Assembly: GCA_030295235.1 (NCBI GenBank)
Contig: AP026149.1
Coordinates: 124,001 to 188,000 of the forward strand
Reading direction: 5' to 3'
Source of the DNA: Fistulifera solaris
Taxonomy: Eukaryota
DNA: 64,000 nt
The translations under genes and the position numbers were made by a program. The first letter of the stretch is position 1. Every line of letters begins with the position of its first letter. This document shows positions 24,601 to 37,500 of the stretch, one piece after another. The notes beneath the pieces were generated by a model. It saw only the letters and a list, made by a program, of their open reading frames with translations. It had not been told where the DNA came from and ran no database searches.

Positions 24601-27283
24601 AACTGATACTTGAACTTAGACCTTTAACCAAGTCTTTGATTTTAACGCAGTCGCGCACTGTTTCTGGGGACGATCTCGTTATCTGTGAAAGGACAGGTAG
24701 TATAATTGTATGCAACCCACTGGCATCCATTAGCGAAGATCCATCAAGCCACAATGACACGTTGAAAATAAGTCGCGAGAGAATCTTCGCTTCAAGAGCG
24801 ACGTTGTTGCTACAGCAGGATTGCAAGCGCACAAGCGATTGCACAAGGTGAGTGGACGCCTCCACGTCGGAGCACACCGATCCATATATCGAGTCTTTTG
24901 AGTCGTTAAGTATCTTCCCTGTAGCCACTTTTTTTACTGGTGGTGAGAAGATCTGCCATTACATCGATACCTCCACACCGCAACAGCTCCCTAGCATTGT
25001 CGCTGTCGTCGTTGATAAAAGCGTATATCATTTCAAAAAGAGATGGTAAGATAAACGCGAGTGTACCTCCGTCCATTCCAAGTTCACAATTTGGAGAGAT
25101 AAATGATTTCAAAACTTGGAACACTGATTGAACTCCACCAAGACTTTTTATAACGTCTGGAAGACCATTGAGCGACCAACTCCGAGTACTTTTGATGTTT
25201 GCGTGTGCTCCCAATCGAAGTTCTACTACTTGTTTTCCCACAACTCGCTTTGGATCCCAAGATGCGAAAATTTTGCACGCGAAAGCTGATTTCTGTAGGG
25301 CTATAGGTATTTCGGAGTCATCTTTATCATCAGCGTTATCGATTTCGATGTCGATCACTGAAAGGGCGTTGTCTCTGCACACCCGCCGCTTCCTTGATTT
25401 CGGGACAAAGTTTTCGAGGCTGTTATCGTCCAGAACACGAGACTCACGCACCAAAGAACTGGCTTTTGCGTCCCATGACTCGTGAGTGCCGGATAGTTTG
25501 CGTAGAGCTCCCGCCTTCCCTCCTGTTGCATCGAATAAAGCCCGAAAAGACGCGTCGGAAACACTGTCATTGAAAAGGTAAAGAGCGCCTGTCTCACCGT
25601 CAAAGTCTTTTCCTAGACACAGTTCCATATTCAACCTAGATTGCGTCGAAGAAATCTTCCGTAAGTTTAGAATGGAGGATGAGTGATCATCAAAGTCTGC
25701 CCGGGATACTTTCGGAAAAGGTAGATCATTGGTTGTCATTGTTTTTCCGTCAATCAAAATGGATATTTGGTAGCGCGCACCTAAGGAAAACACTCCTTTT
25801 AGCCTTGACTGAGAATGACGAATGGCCAAATGGTACCACACACGAGGCAACATAACGTAACCGTTCACTTTCAGTTGATGAGCCGGTTCGTCAATATTGG
25901 AATCAAAGATTGAAACAATGATCGTGCATGCATGCGAAACCGGATTGTCTACTTTTGCGAGAGAAACTTCAATCCCACCGCCGTCGTCGCTTCTGGCACT
26001 AAACAAAATTGGATTACCGTCAAACCGTTCTGCCCGGAACCAAAGCGCCATTCCAAAATCGTTGCGGAACGGCCAATGCGGAAGACCATGTATAGTTTTT
26101 TGAAGTCCTTCTGATTGATTAAAGCAGAAGAAATGCCGCGGTGAACTTTTTAACACGTGCGATCGCGAAGATCCTAAAGCAGCGGTGCGCATCGCCTGAA
26201 CGAGCGCAAGTCTAGCGTGGGCCCCAAGTGACTGTTTCTGGGCCAAATTCATCCATTCTCGCAGCTGATGTGTGGTAACTCCACCAATAGCCAAAAGGCC
26301 AAGAAGCCGTGCCAGGGACCTTGAAAGCTTTCCAGGGGGAAGCTGCTTCGACCAAACGAAGCAAATCTGATATAGCCGGTCGGTTTTCTCCAGGCCATGA
26401 ACACTGCAAACGTGAAACATTGTACCTCGTATGGGGGCGAACTGTCGAGTGGTCAGCGAGAGGGGGCGGATTGAGAACGACAGGACCAATATGAACTTCC
26501 CCTTGATCATATTCATCATCGGTTTCATTTGACAAGACTTTCGTCAAAATTCTGAGAAACGCTTTCGAGAAATGCTCTGGTAGTTGCAGTAGCAAGAATG
26601 AATTGTTCGCTTTGGCTGTCAGCAATGCTCTGACGCGATTTGGCTGCATCGCTATCGTGACGTCTGGCAAATCCACCTTTACAGGACCGCAAAGACGCTC
26701 CTGGTCTAGGGTTGATTTGACGACTTCAAGTGGTAAAGCAGGAATCAGTAACTCTGCAAAGATTTCACCAAGTATGTGAGCTTCCGTTGTGTAATCGTCA
26801 GAAGGATCAGCTGGAATATTCGTTAACGGTATATGCTCTTCTAAAAGGCCACGTAATGAGCTTAATAAAACCGATTCTGGCTGACTGGACGACTCCACAC
26901 AATGATCGTCTTCAACAGAATGTGTTGTGAAGGAAGTAGCCCGTACGGGCTGAAACCCCTCGGTAGCCATCCTTCAGCGAAACTTTCGGCAATTTCTCAA
27001 AAGTGCTGTTGTCAACTGCTAAATTTTGGAAATCGGCATCACTAAGATCAACGACTTTGGCATCGGTGATCGATGGTTGCTGTTCCAGGGAAAGGTTGAT
27101 GAGTTCCGACGGAAAAGATGCCGGCTGAATTCCGTTTTCAATTACCCGGACCAAAGAATGTTCCATGCACCGATCAGATGATGACCTTTCATCGTGACGT
27201 TTTAAGTCGTCTTCTTCCTCATGCCGAACCGCTGACACTGATTTTGAGGGAAGATTTTGACGTTGATGTTTGCTACCATCCAT
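18690..27283 (-). CDS. Large BEACH-domain protein (ConA/LamG-like, PH-BEACH, BEACH, WD40; neurobeachin/LRBA-like), split by multiple frameshifts or introns
   Basis: RRYLLRHQAVELFF (PH); WKKRKISTFEYL..AGRSFNDLANYPVFPWVL, YGSHYSS, ELVPEFFY, HWIDLVFG, FGQTP (BEACH); WD40 LWGHDSPIT; LamG-like ALWFRAE..WYHLAI. Confidence 0.92.
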
Positions 27284-27882
27284 GTTGCCAAAGCGACTTC
27301 GAACGATCCTCACGCTAGTTTCTATATGTCGAGTCCCTAAATGCTAATTGAGTTTTGTATCTAACTACTTGTTCAAGTTATGCAAAAAAATGATGATTTT
27401 CTCATGACTTTTATCACGGCCTGAATCCTTTCGCAGCAGCATCGCTGTCCAAGATTTCGAATAGCACAAAAGATCAAGACGAGTGCGAAGCGCCGGCGGC
27501 GGTGCGAAATACTTGTAAAGCCTGTCCGCCTGGCAGGTCTCCAACTCGGCCCCAAACTTCATCCTTAATGATCGAATGAGATTTCGATTCCAACAACACT
27601 ATACACTATAACGGACAGTGTTTACTTATCAAAACATCAGCATAATTCAATGAGTCGCACCAGTTCTCCTAATTATCTGGTAGGCACAATTCCAGTCGCG
27701 GACACACGTTTCATACAACTAGCAACTCACAGAACCGAAACACGACCGTCTAAACAGAAGAAGGTGCGTTTCGCCTCCTCTTTGACGACATATTCTTGTT
27801 GCCTTCGCCCTTACCAGATGTTCCCTCCTTTATAGGAACTGTCAAGATCGATGCCCATCTCCGCATTCACTGTCAATGCAAA

Positions 27883-28702
27883 ATGAGCCAAAGTCGAAAC
27901 GAGGAACTGCCTATCGCGTTTGCGAATGCAGTCAATAACGATGAAGCTACACATTATGATTCTCGGGGTGAAATTTCTGCCGTGTCGACGCCCGCTGAAC
28001 TCGTTCCGTTAGAAGTTCCTGTGATGGCTATCGAGTGCGGAGAGGATGGCGATTACCGTCACGTCGTCGATGAAGGAACAATTATGGCTGAAAATGTTGT
28101 GGCGACCGATGAAATAGCAATGGAAAGTCTGCTGAAGAAGAACGAGGAGCTCCAGAGAGAAGAAATTGAGCTGCTTTCACAGCTGCGGACGCATTTGGAA
28201 TCACCAGAAATATTTCAAAGTACCCGTGGAGAGCTCTTGGCTAGCCTCATAGAAAAAACGAAACAACTGCAACAATTCCAGGAGCAACAGAGAAAAATTC
28301 TTATGGATGCGTGTGATCAAAGATATAGATATAGTGAAATTCTTCGAATGCAAGGAGAGCTACGCGTAAGGCAAAACGAAGTCAAATATCACCTTCAGAC
28401 AATTCTTTGGCTGCAGGGGGAAGGCATCAAAACGACCCAGTAAACGATCCCTGAGATTATCGCGCGTGGATGGTCCGGGAAGGCATCAAGACCCAACAAC
28501 TGCTCAGAGAATAGCTGGCTACTGCAAAGTCTTGTTTTGGTGGGGAGTTATTCTGATGATCTTGTTTGCCGCTGTTAACATTATTATTGCTGTTGTTTAC
28601 GAGGTGACCAGTAACGACGACAGCGGAGAAGCTAGCTTGAATGGACTGGAAGGTGATGATCGAGGTGGCGAGCGAGGTCTCAAGTTGACACAGAATACAT
28701 AG
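27883..28702 (+). CDS. Hypothetical coiled-coil protein, probably with a C-terminal TM segment after a frameshift near 28416-28443
   Basis: ORF 27883-28443 is E/Q/L heptad-rich. The neighbouring open frame continues into ORF 28466-28702, which carries the TM VLFWWGVILMILFAAVNIIIAVV. Confidence 0.5.
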
Positions 28703-28811
28703 CATTTGACTTTTCACAGAAAAGGCACTACTCATACTATAATGTTAAACAACTTTTTGCGGCTGTTTTTTTTACATTTTTCTTTCCATTGAATTACCAA
28801 AGGTATCGCTC

Positions 28812-31800
28812 TTAGTCGCTAGGAATAGAAAAGCGATCAATAAAATCTCCGATCTGTCGGCTCAACCTTGAATGATATTGATCAGCCGCATTGCGGTATT
28901 TGATTGTGACAGACCCTTCGTCTTGCAAAAGCGTGTAAATAGTGTCAGCGAGCCCTTCGTCTAGGAATCGAAGACAGTATCGCAGACAGGAAAGTGCCGA
29001 GCTCATTGAAACGTCGGAAGGAAAGTCATTCCGAAAAACCTCCAGTACTTTGGGAATCGTAATTGTCCTCTTGGCCCGGTCCACCGAGACGTTGCGCCGT
29101 AAAAAAACAGCGGCAACTGCGGCGACCTGATCAGCTAAGTATTCCGATTGAAGCACTGGGATATTATTGGAGCATGAAGTATCGCCAGTGTGGACCACAA
29201 AGTTGACATTGGGGGGAATATGAAGGAAGCGCGAAGCAACGATACGAGTTCGATTTCTTCGGGGCGTCAGTATACGGAGCTTTCGGCGGATTCGGCCTAC
29301 ACATATTTCCCCGAATAATGCAGTTGCTGAGTTCAGCTAACGAGAAAATATCACCACCGATTTCGTAGCAAGATGTTCGCATGAAGGATTCGTGCGAGCG
29401 CTTGGTAGTGGTCCATTTGCTGTTACCAGCAAAGCATGTTGAAGCAGGCAGTGGTAGACGTTCACATAGGCGCAAAACGTTTTTGGATCAGAGCGATCCA
29501 TATCTTGGAGACGAAGCCCTTTCAGTACGCTTGTTGAATCTAAGAAAGCAGTGAGAGCTTCCGGGTGATGCTGGAGAGAATCGAACTCGAAGGACAATGC
29601 GGTCGCCAAGAGCGATTCAATAAAAACGTGAATTTCAAAATCATGTGTTGGCAGATCGAATGCCATTCGTCGATGATTCAACACAACCCTCTTTCTCAAT
29701 TTCTGGTTACAATGTACATCTGCCCATTTTCCTCTGACTGAAGAAAACGATGAACTTTGAAGCCTTTGCCACAACCTTGCTTTTCGTAGTTCTGCTTCAG
29801 TTTGTGACATCACTGTACTCTGAGCCTCCACAGAAGAAATTGCATCATCTATTTTTAATTTCAGTGATGCCCTCGTATCGTCGCTGTTAAGTACCATGTA
29901 GTGGCAGTGCCATGCAGTTTCTATTGTAAGAATGGGATAACCAGGAATAGGGCTATCCGTCCCAGGATCCAGCAAACGCACTCCTTCTATATCTTTCAGA
30001 GATATTTCACATGATGATTCCTGTGATAAGGGAGCATAAAATGCAATGCACTTCTCGTACAAGCCACACCACTCCTCTCTCCAATGGCTTTCCCACAGAC
30101 AACGCGCGACCAGGCATTCAAACAGAACGCTCTTTTTTTACGCTGGGTGTGACCCCCAATTCTACAGGACCGCCCTGTAAAAAGCTCTTGTCCAACTGCG
30201 ATTTCAGTAGGATTTGCGATGATAGCAAGTTATTGAACTTGCTTGCTTCGGCGCAATCGGGTGAAATAGTGGACATCCGAGTGAGCATGCTAGAAACTAC
30301 ACGACAAGATTGTTCCGGGGCTGACAATTCGCCAGCAAGAGGTGCTGACTGTCCCATCCACTGCAACTCCACCCTTTCTGCCCTCTTGATAGCACGATTG
30401 TTCAAGGGTAGGTGCAGATCTTTCTCGGCTCTTCGTCGACTGCGCGGCTTGGCACTCCGTGGCTCTTTTTGAGGAGGGACATTTCTTGGTCTACCGCTTA
30501 TTATTGCTTTCCCAGCGTTGACGGTACCTTTTCCCACTCTCATACTGTGCCTAACCACCTTCTTACCAGTTGAAGCAGTTCGGGACTTTACCGACTGCGC
30601 TATTTTTCCAATGAAATTGCGACCTTTGGCGGCACGTGTAGGGCGAGCATCGTCGGACAAACTTTCAAGTTCATCAAAGCCGTCCTGGCATTCATGATCA
30701 CCAGCAGAATCCGAATCGTCGGTTAACTCTGAATCTTCGTCGCTCTGATAAAACGATCCACTGATATCGTAGTACGGCATTGCCTCCTCGCCGGGAGAAG
30801 TAGCAACATTATCTGCCTCAGAGTCAATTCGTCGTCTAGGACTGGCCGCGAAGTCGCGAGGAGCACCATCTTCCTCGACAAAATCTTTAACATATTCTTC
30901 TTCCGGGGCATCTTCTCCGTTTCGACCAATGAGACCAGCCTCTTGAGATGTCGTATTTCCATTGAATGTGCCTGCCGTAACCAAAGCGCTGGGAACTTGC
31001 GATTTTCCACTTTCGGTGAGCGATCTTTTGCGTTTCTTATCGCAGCATCGCTGTTGCGCCAATGAATTCCCGCTCGCATTATGCGAGATAGATCTCTACC
31101 TGTCCGAAGGCGCATGAATAAGCTCTTTTCACCACGTGTTTTGGTACTCTCATTCAAGATTACTTCCGGATCCACCTGCGACGACATCACCCGAACTACG
31201 TAGGCAAGTTGGCTCACCCGTTGGGCGCGGTTCATCACCTCGATCCATGCAGGCGCGTCGATCTCTCTTTTTTCGTTCAAAAAGGTTGCCCGTTTGTTGC
31301 TTTCATTGTTGTCAACAACGTAGTCCGATGAGGCTTTTGCCTCAGACGCAGACGGAAGTGTAGATGGAACATCACAGATTTCCAAAAATAGGGGATACAT
31401 CCAGTAACCATCTTTTTCATCAGATTCGTGAAGATCAGCGTCGGGTAACAGTTCGTCATCTTCGGCGCTATATCCTAATGCGCGATTGTTTCCTTCTTTT
31501 GGGTTATAAAGGCCGAGCATTCTTCCTCCATATGTTGTCGAACCTTCGCGAGATACTCCTACGAGATACTTAGACCATCTTTTATGACGTAGGTAAAAGG
31601 ACCCATCAAGGTTTAGATATGACGATTGCGTGGACTTTCCTCGCTCATTGGCGTGAATTGTGAAAAAACCATTTTTTGTCGGCACCGATGCAACCCACTT
31701 CAACCACCACCCTCTATGCAGGGAAAGAAATTTTGTCTCAGTGTCCTCGCCTACGAGCTTTATAAGAACCGTGTCGCCGTCTTTAATAAGCCCTGAGTTT

Positions 31801-33827
31801 TCTGGCTTTCCTCGACGTGGCTGGGAACCTCTTGCCTTCTGAATCACTATTGAACACGAATTCTGCTCCTGTAGAACGCCGAATCCACCGCCACTAGCCA
31901 AGTATGACGACACACGCCCGACGTCATCGTCATCCACTGTCTCCTTCAGCGTAACAACCTCTCCACTTCGAACATAAATACCCTCTCCAAGCTCTGCCGC
32001 AGCATTTTCATCGTCATCTTCCTCGACAGGATACTCTTCGTCCACACCGCCATCCTCGTCTTCGATGCGCTCATTCAGACTGTACCTAACATCTGAGCTA
32101 AGTCTATTGGTTTCCATCCATCGCTTAGCAAGATTACCTGTTTCACTGAAGAGCGTGTGACACATTTCAATCTCGACGATATTAGTGATGTCACATCGAT
32201 TGTGTTTCTCGCTTTCTTTTTCAAAGGGGATTTCATAGAGAGTCAAATAGATGGGTTGGTTGCCAAAAGCTTATTCATCCCGAATGGGCGGATGCCTGGT
32301 AGATTACAGCAGTGCCAATCTAAAAAATCCACATAAGCGCTCCACAATGACAGAGTGTACGTATCGTCAAGGTTCCATTTGATGGCTATCCCTTTCTTTC
32401 GATTTTTGATGGATTCCGGGTCTTCAAATATCTCCTCACCAAGGGATGGAGGCTCTTGTCCTGGAGGCGTAGCAACTACCCGATTCATTCCTTCTTCAAC
32501 AGGGAAGGCCATATGCGGCTTTTCAAATTTTCCGTCGGATGATTTCGGACTACCGGTAATACTGTAGTGGAATGAGTTGTTTGTCGTCTTAACAAATGCC
32601 ATTGCAGCACTGACGAAAGCTCGTTGAATCATACCCATGCGAATTGTCTCGCCGATCTCACAGGCGAAGTACACACGTCCGGTTGGAACTTTTTTCAGTT
32701 TAATTTGAAACTGAAACTCGAATCGACGTTGTTTCCCCGACATGTAATTGCACGTTGCTGAGTTTTCAGACGTTCCTTTTTCTTTGGTAGGATCATCGAC
32801 ATCAGGAGTACGAATTAAAATCATCATTTTCCCATCGAAATAGTCCGTGTTCAGTATATACGGTGTGCTCACGTTTGGAAAGATTCGCTGCTGTGTGCCA
32901 GCATCGATCACAAAAAATGGTTCAAGGGAGGGATGGACGCAACGGGTTGTCGACGTGACTCCGGTGAACAAGAGGCGCCCGGGAGAAGCTGTTCCCTCCG
33001 GAGTACGATCTTGGTCGTCGATTGTTATGCTAGAGCTACGATGACGTAAACGTATCGAAGACCGCCGCGAAGGTGTTTTCGGGTCGTTCATCTCATCCAT
33101 CACAAGATCTTGTTCTTCGTGAAAGTCTCGAAGTAATGTACCAGGGATGTAGTCCGGAGGGTTTGGTGACTGGGGTATTCGATAAACCCAGTTCCTGTAA
33201 CCTTGATGATCAGAGATGTTCTCTTTTTCCTTTTTACGTTGGTGCATCCATGTGCCCCCAAGTATGCACAAGCATGTTAGCCAAGCAACACCGGTGTATT
33301 CTGCAATTTTTCGCATGGCGGGAAGAGCAACCGGAAAGTAGGTACCCAGAACAAAGCTGGATGATATCAAAAATAGTTGCCGCATAGCAATTTCAAAATT
33401 GGACACAAATGCTTGGCTCGTGTCCCCAACACTTAGCCCGTCATCTGTATGACCAAGAGATTTGTTGCTGCCTGGTAAAAAACTGTGAAGGTTGCATCAT
33501 TTCATTGCGAGGTGACTTAAGAGGAGGACCTCGCATCCCTCCTATTGTATTCCCAGCCAAATCTTCAGAAGAGTGGTTCCGTCGCACGGAATCGTTGTCT
33601 CCTTGTTCCCCAATGGCGCAATATTCTTCATTTCGTTGAAATCGATTTGTCAGCCTTCTCCACGGTCGCGGACGTCCTTTTTTGGTAGACCGTTTGACCC
33701 CCTGACTACCCTCCTCCAACGTTTGCTTCTGAACACTGCTTCTTTGCTCAGGTAACGGCGTTTCTGGTCTTTGTGGTTCCGATTGAGAGGGGAATGCCTC
33801 AGTTCGACTAAAGGATGCATCGGTCAT
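28812..33827 (-). CDS. Large multidomain protein: N-terminal TM, DUF1769-like, PH/GRAM-like and C-terminal DUF547-like domains; several frameshifts
   Basis: YMSGKQRRFEFQFQ..KPHMAFP..VATPPGQEPP (DUF1769-like); YVNVYHCLLQHALL..YEIGGDIFSLAEL..IIRG (DUF547-like); consecutive same-strand ORFs tile the region. Confidence 0.7.
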
Positions 33828-34131
33828 TGTGACCTTGTGCAAAGCGACAAATGAAAGAAGTCTTCCGCGCGATACAGCTCGCTCCCTTGATTGGTGATGT
33901 CAAACTGAATGAAGTGGTAGTTTTTATCCTTTTTGAAGAGTTTTTCGATTCTCGAAGTAAATGATTTGTTTCGAGTTTCAAAACAAACTGAAGGGTGTTT
34001 TTTTTTGAGTGCGGTTCCTTTGAAAACGTCGCATGGGCCTTTTTGTGTCGAGGTGCGAAGAACGGTCACGAGTTGTGTGTCATACTGTAGGACATGGAGT
34101 AAATAAGGGGATTTATCAGCGTCAAAGTTCA

Positions 34132-34154
34132 GGGGTTAGGGTTAGGGCTTTGGG
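34132..34154 (+). promoter_or_regulatory. Telomere-like repeat GGGTTAGGGTTAGGG within a four-G-tract (G-quadruplex) motif in a divergent intergenic region
   Basis: GGGG TTA GGG TTA GGG CTTT GGG read directly. Confidence 0.6.
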
Positions 34155-34513
34155 TAAACGTGTGACGTGTCACAGGACACAGGACTATACCGGTACGGTA
34201 CTGGTACTGGTACCGTACCGTGTTTCATGCGCTATTTAAAATCTATCGGACAAACCAAAAACATCAACGTTATCTGGTACATTAACAAGAAGATTTTATC
34301 TGTTAAATTTGAAACAACAAAAGGTTCTTTTATAGGATCTATTTGTAGAGTACAAATAAAACGGTTATTTGCTCGATGTTGCTCCGCTTTGTTTCGTTCA
34401 TTCGATGTTTTCATTTTTTTGGTTACTTGCTTTCGTCAGATGGATGATCCTCGTCCAAACAGGATCTAAACGAAAGCTATTATCCCGTAACGTTTCTCAA
34501 ATAAAACACAATA

Positions 34514-37500
34514 ATGGATTTCCGCGTCCCGGTGCCTGGAGGCGAGATCTCGGACGACGAGAATGATGCGATGGAAACAGTCCCTCTCACTCCACGCGAA
34601 GCAACGGCCCCGTCATCCCAATCCACAGAACTATCCTTGATGGAGAGATCAAAAGACTATCTAGCTTTCTTTCGGTCTCCTATGAGTGCGACCGACTCAA
34701 ACGACTCTCCAGCGCAGGATTCTGCGAGTGGCAGTCCAAGTAACCAAAATTTTACCAAGACCTTCAACAGCAATAATTCGCCAATATTCCCTTCTCATTA
34801 TGAGCCGGAGCAACCAGAGTACGAGAACTATGACAATGAACATGTTGCTCATACCACCCAGATGGGTCAAAGCTATTATCCAAGTCATTATTATGCTCAA
34901 CCAACACCTCGCTCCACAAATTACCGACATACCGCTTCCCTGCCATCGTCCAACACTTCTCAATCGAATGAAACGTCAAAATATTCAGATAACTACTCAG
35001 TCATGACTTCTGCAAGTCATTTGCTCGGAGAAAGCTTAATAAGTCCATCTCAGAGCATACAAACCATGGACGACTACGATGAAGAGGCCGGAATGTACAC
35101 TGACAATCAGATCGCTCATCAACCAATCCAAAATACAAACAACTCGCGTGTTTCAATAGTCACTTACCAAGATCCGAATCCGTTTCGCGCTATATGGAGG
35201 AATCTTGTGGACGAAAGCTATCTTATTGGGCTTGACGTTGTGCAAACCCTGAGGACGTTGAGACATCCACAAATACCTTTGTCACCGCGATCTCGAAATC
35301 TAACGGATTTACGGTATTTGACTCAGCAGCATAAAACGAAACTCCAGCAAATTAGTGGAAGTGACTCGTTTGCTAAACCACTCGGGACAGATGATGATCG
35401 CTTCGATTTTGTTCTTCTTCTGCAACCACAGGAAGTGTATGCTTTCTGGTCCGAAATACTTGACTTCCGCACTGAACTACTGGGAATTGAAGCGGTAGAA
35501 GCAATGGAAAACAATTGGTCATCCTTGTACGATATTCCGAGTCCCTCTCAAGATCCAAATGGACTTGGTTCGTTTTCCACCGATGAGACGTCTCATTCGT
35601 CAAACAGCTCCGAGGCACGCGACGTCGTTGACCTGGGGACACCTCCACCGGGCATTCACCGGAGGAGGGTGAAAAGTGAAAAGCGAGATGCATCACCTTC
35701 TACTATTTCATCGCAGGGCGGTGGCACTGGAACGAATGCTTTGCATCGCAATTCACCAGGTCTCTACAGTCTAGCCGAATGTAGTCGCATATCTTCGAGA
35801 ACAAAAAACAGTCTTTTTGATCGAGCACTGGAGCAGCAGACAACCATCGTGTCTACAGAACCAATGAAAAGCCCCGAACAGAGATCGGACAAAGAAAAGT
35901 ACTACAACGAGGATACTGCTACTCATGTACCGGTGACCGCACCAGTAGTTCCGGCAAGTCAGCAACGACGACGGTGGGGTAACCAGTCCGCAAGCGGATA
36001 CACGCCTCACGCAGTTTCTCCTCCCTGTTCGAAGTCTGACGCGCGGTGCAAGCACCGTGAAGAGACCTACGGTATTGCGACCTCTTGGACACGGCATCGG
36101 ATCCATAGCGGAAGCGCAGGATCCTAATGTGCTCCGCATTGAAGATATTCCCAACCAGATAATTCCTAGAGGAATAGCAGCCCGTACAAACGGCATGCTG
36201 CCATTCCTCAGTGCGCTGAAAAGAGGCATTGTCGTCCGTCGACATCGCCCCGGTCAAAGTGCCTCCTTTTTAAACTATTATCAAACGATGGTGGTGACAC
36301 GATCCAATTTTTACCCGTTAACACGGATGCGGCTACGGTTGCGTTCAAAGAGCAAAGAGTTCGGCATAATAAAACGCTTCGAGACGAGGCTAACGCTGAT
36401 AATATATTACAAGCGTGGAGCTTTTCGTCTGCAGATGAAACTGATAAGCACGCCGCAGATCCTTTCTCCGTTCCTGATTACGTCGCAGCCAAACAGTACA
36501 GGGATGAAATCAGCAGGAAAACGTCTTTTTGAAAAAAGTGAATGATCTAGCATGTCAAGTTGGCCAGGGGGGTAGTTTCAAGGCATGTGACATTATAGCC
36601 GTTCATCCTGCCCGGAACCAAGATCCTCGATCCAGTTGCGGCGAATGCGGGTCATTTACTTTGAGAAAATCCAAATCAGATTACGTTGATAAGCTTTCGT
36701 TCTCTGTTGTGTTGCGTAATCAGCGCTTAGCAAGAGGAGCATCCTCTAGCGTAGATGAGCTGGAAGAAAAAATGGAACAGTGGCGAAGGTAACGAAGCGT
36801 TATTTCGATATATCGACTTCGAAGTCCCAACAGAAGGAGAATATTGGCTAGTGTTCCGGGGCATGCTGTTGCTCCATCGAGACGCTGTAATCGGTCGATT
36901 TGCCGAACAACGAGCAGCTGGAATTGGATGCCACTACCCGCGACTGGAATTGGAGCAGCGCGAACACTTTGATTTAACAAAGCACAATGTTCTTCACCAA
37001 GACGAATTCCACGAGCCCGTCACGGCGAGTTATCTCGAAAAAACTTATTGTGAAGTGGAGAAATCTTGACCCGACATACATGGTTGGATACACTTTACCA
37101 CAAGCCCGACCTCCTCCTTCTGACTACTTTCTGGGGTTTCGATCACCAGGCACATCGATCTGGAGCCGATTACGACAAGCGGGTCTCGAAACGCAACGTG
37201 TGTATGCGCTTGATCGACGCTCAGTCATGATCAAGATCCGTTGCCCAAATGATCGACTCATGGATGTCGCTGAAGTTCTTCGTCTGAAACTTAAAACTCG
37301 TGATGGTTCTTTCGCACCCTTCAGAGAAGATATGATAGAGTTTTATCATGATCTAAACGATCCTTTGGAAAGACTCTTGGGGTCGTGTGCGAATCCCGAT
37401 GGATTTCAATTTCCCTCAGCGTTTCGACAGACAATAATCGACTTTATTGTGGGTTCGAGAATCCGTGACACAGGAGCTGAACTTGGCCAGAATACAGATC

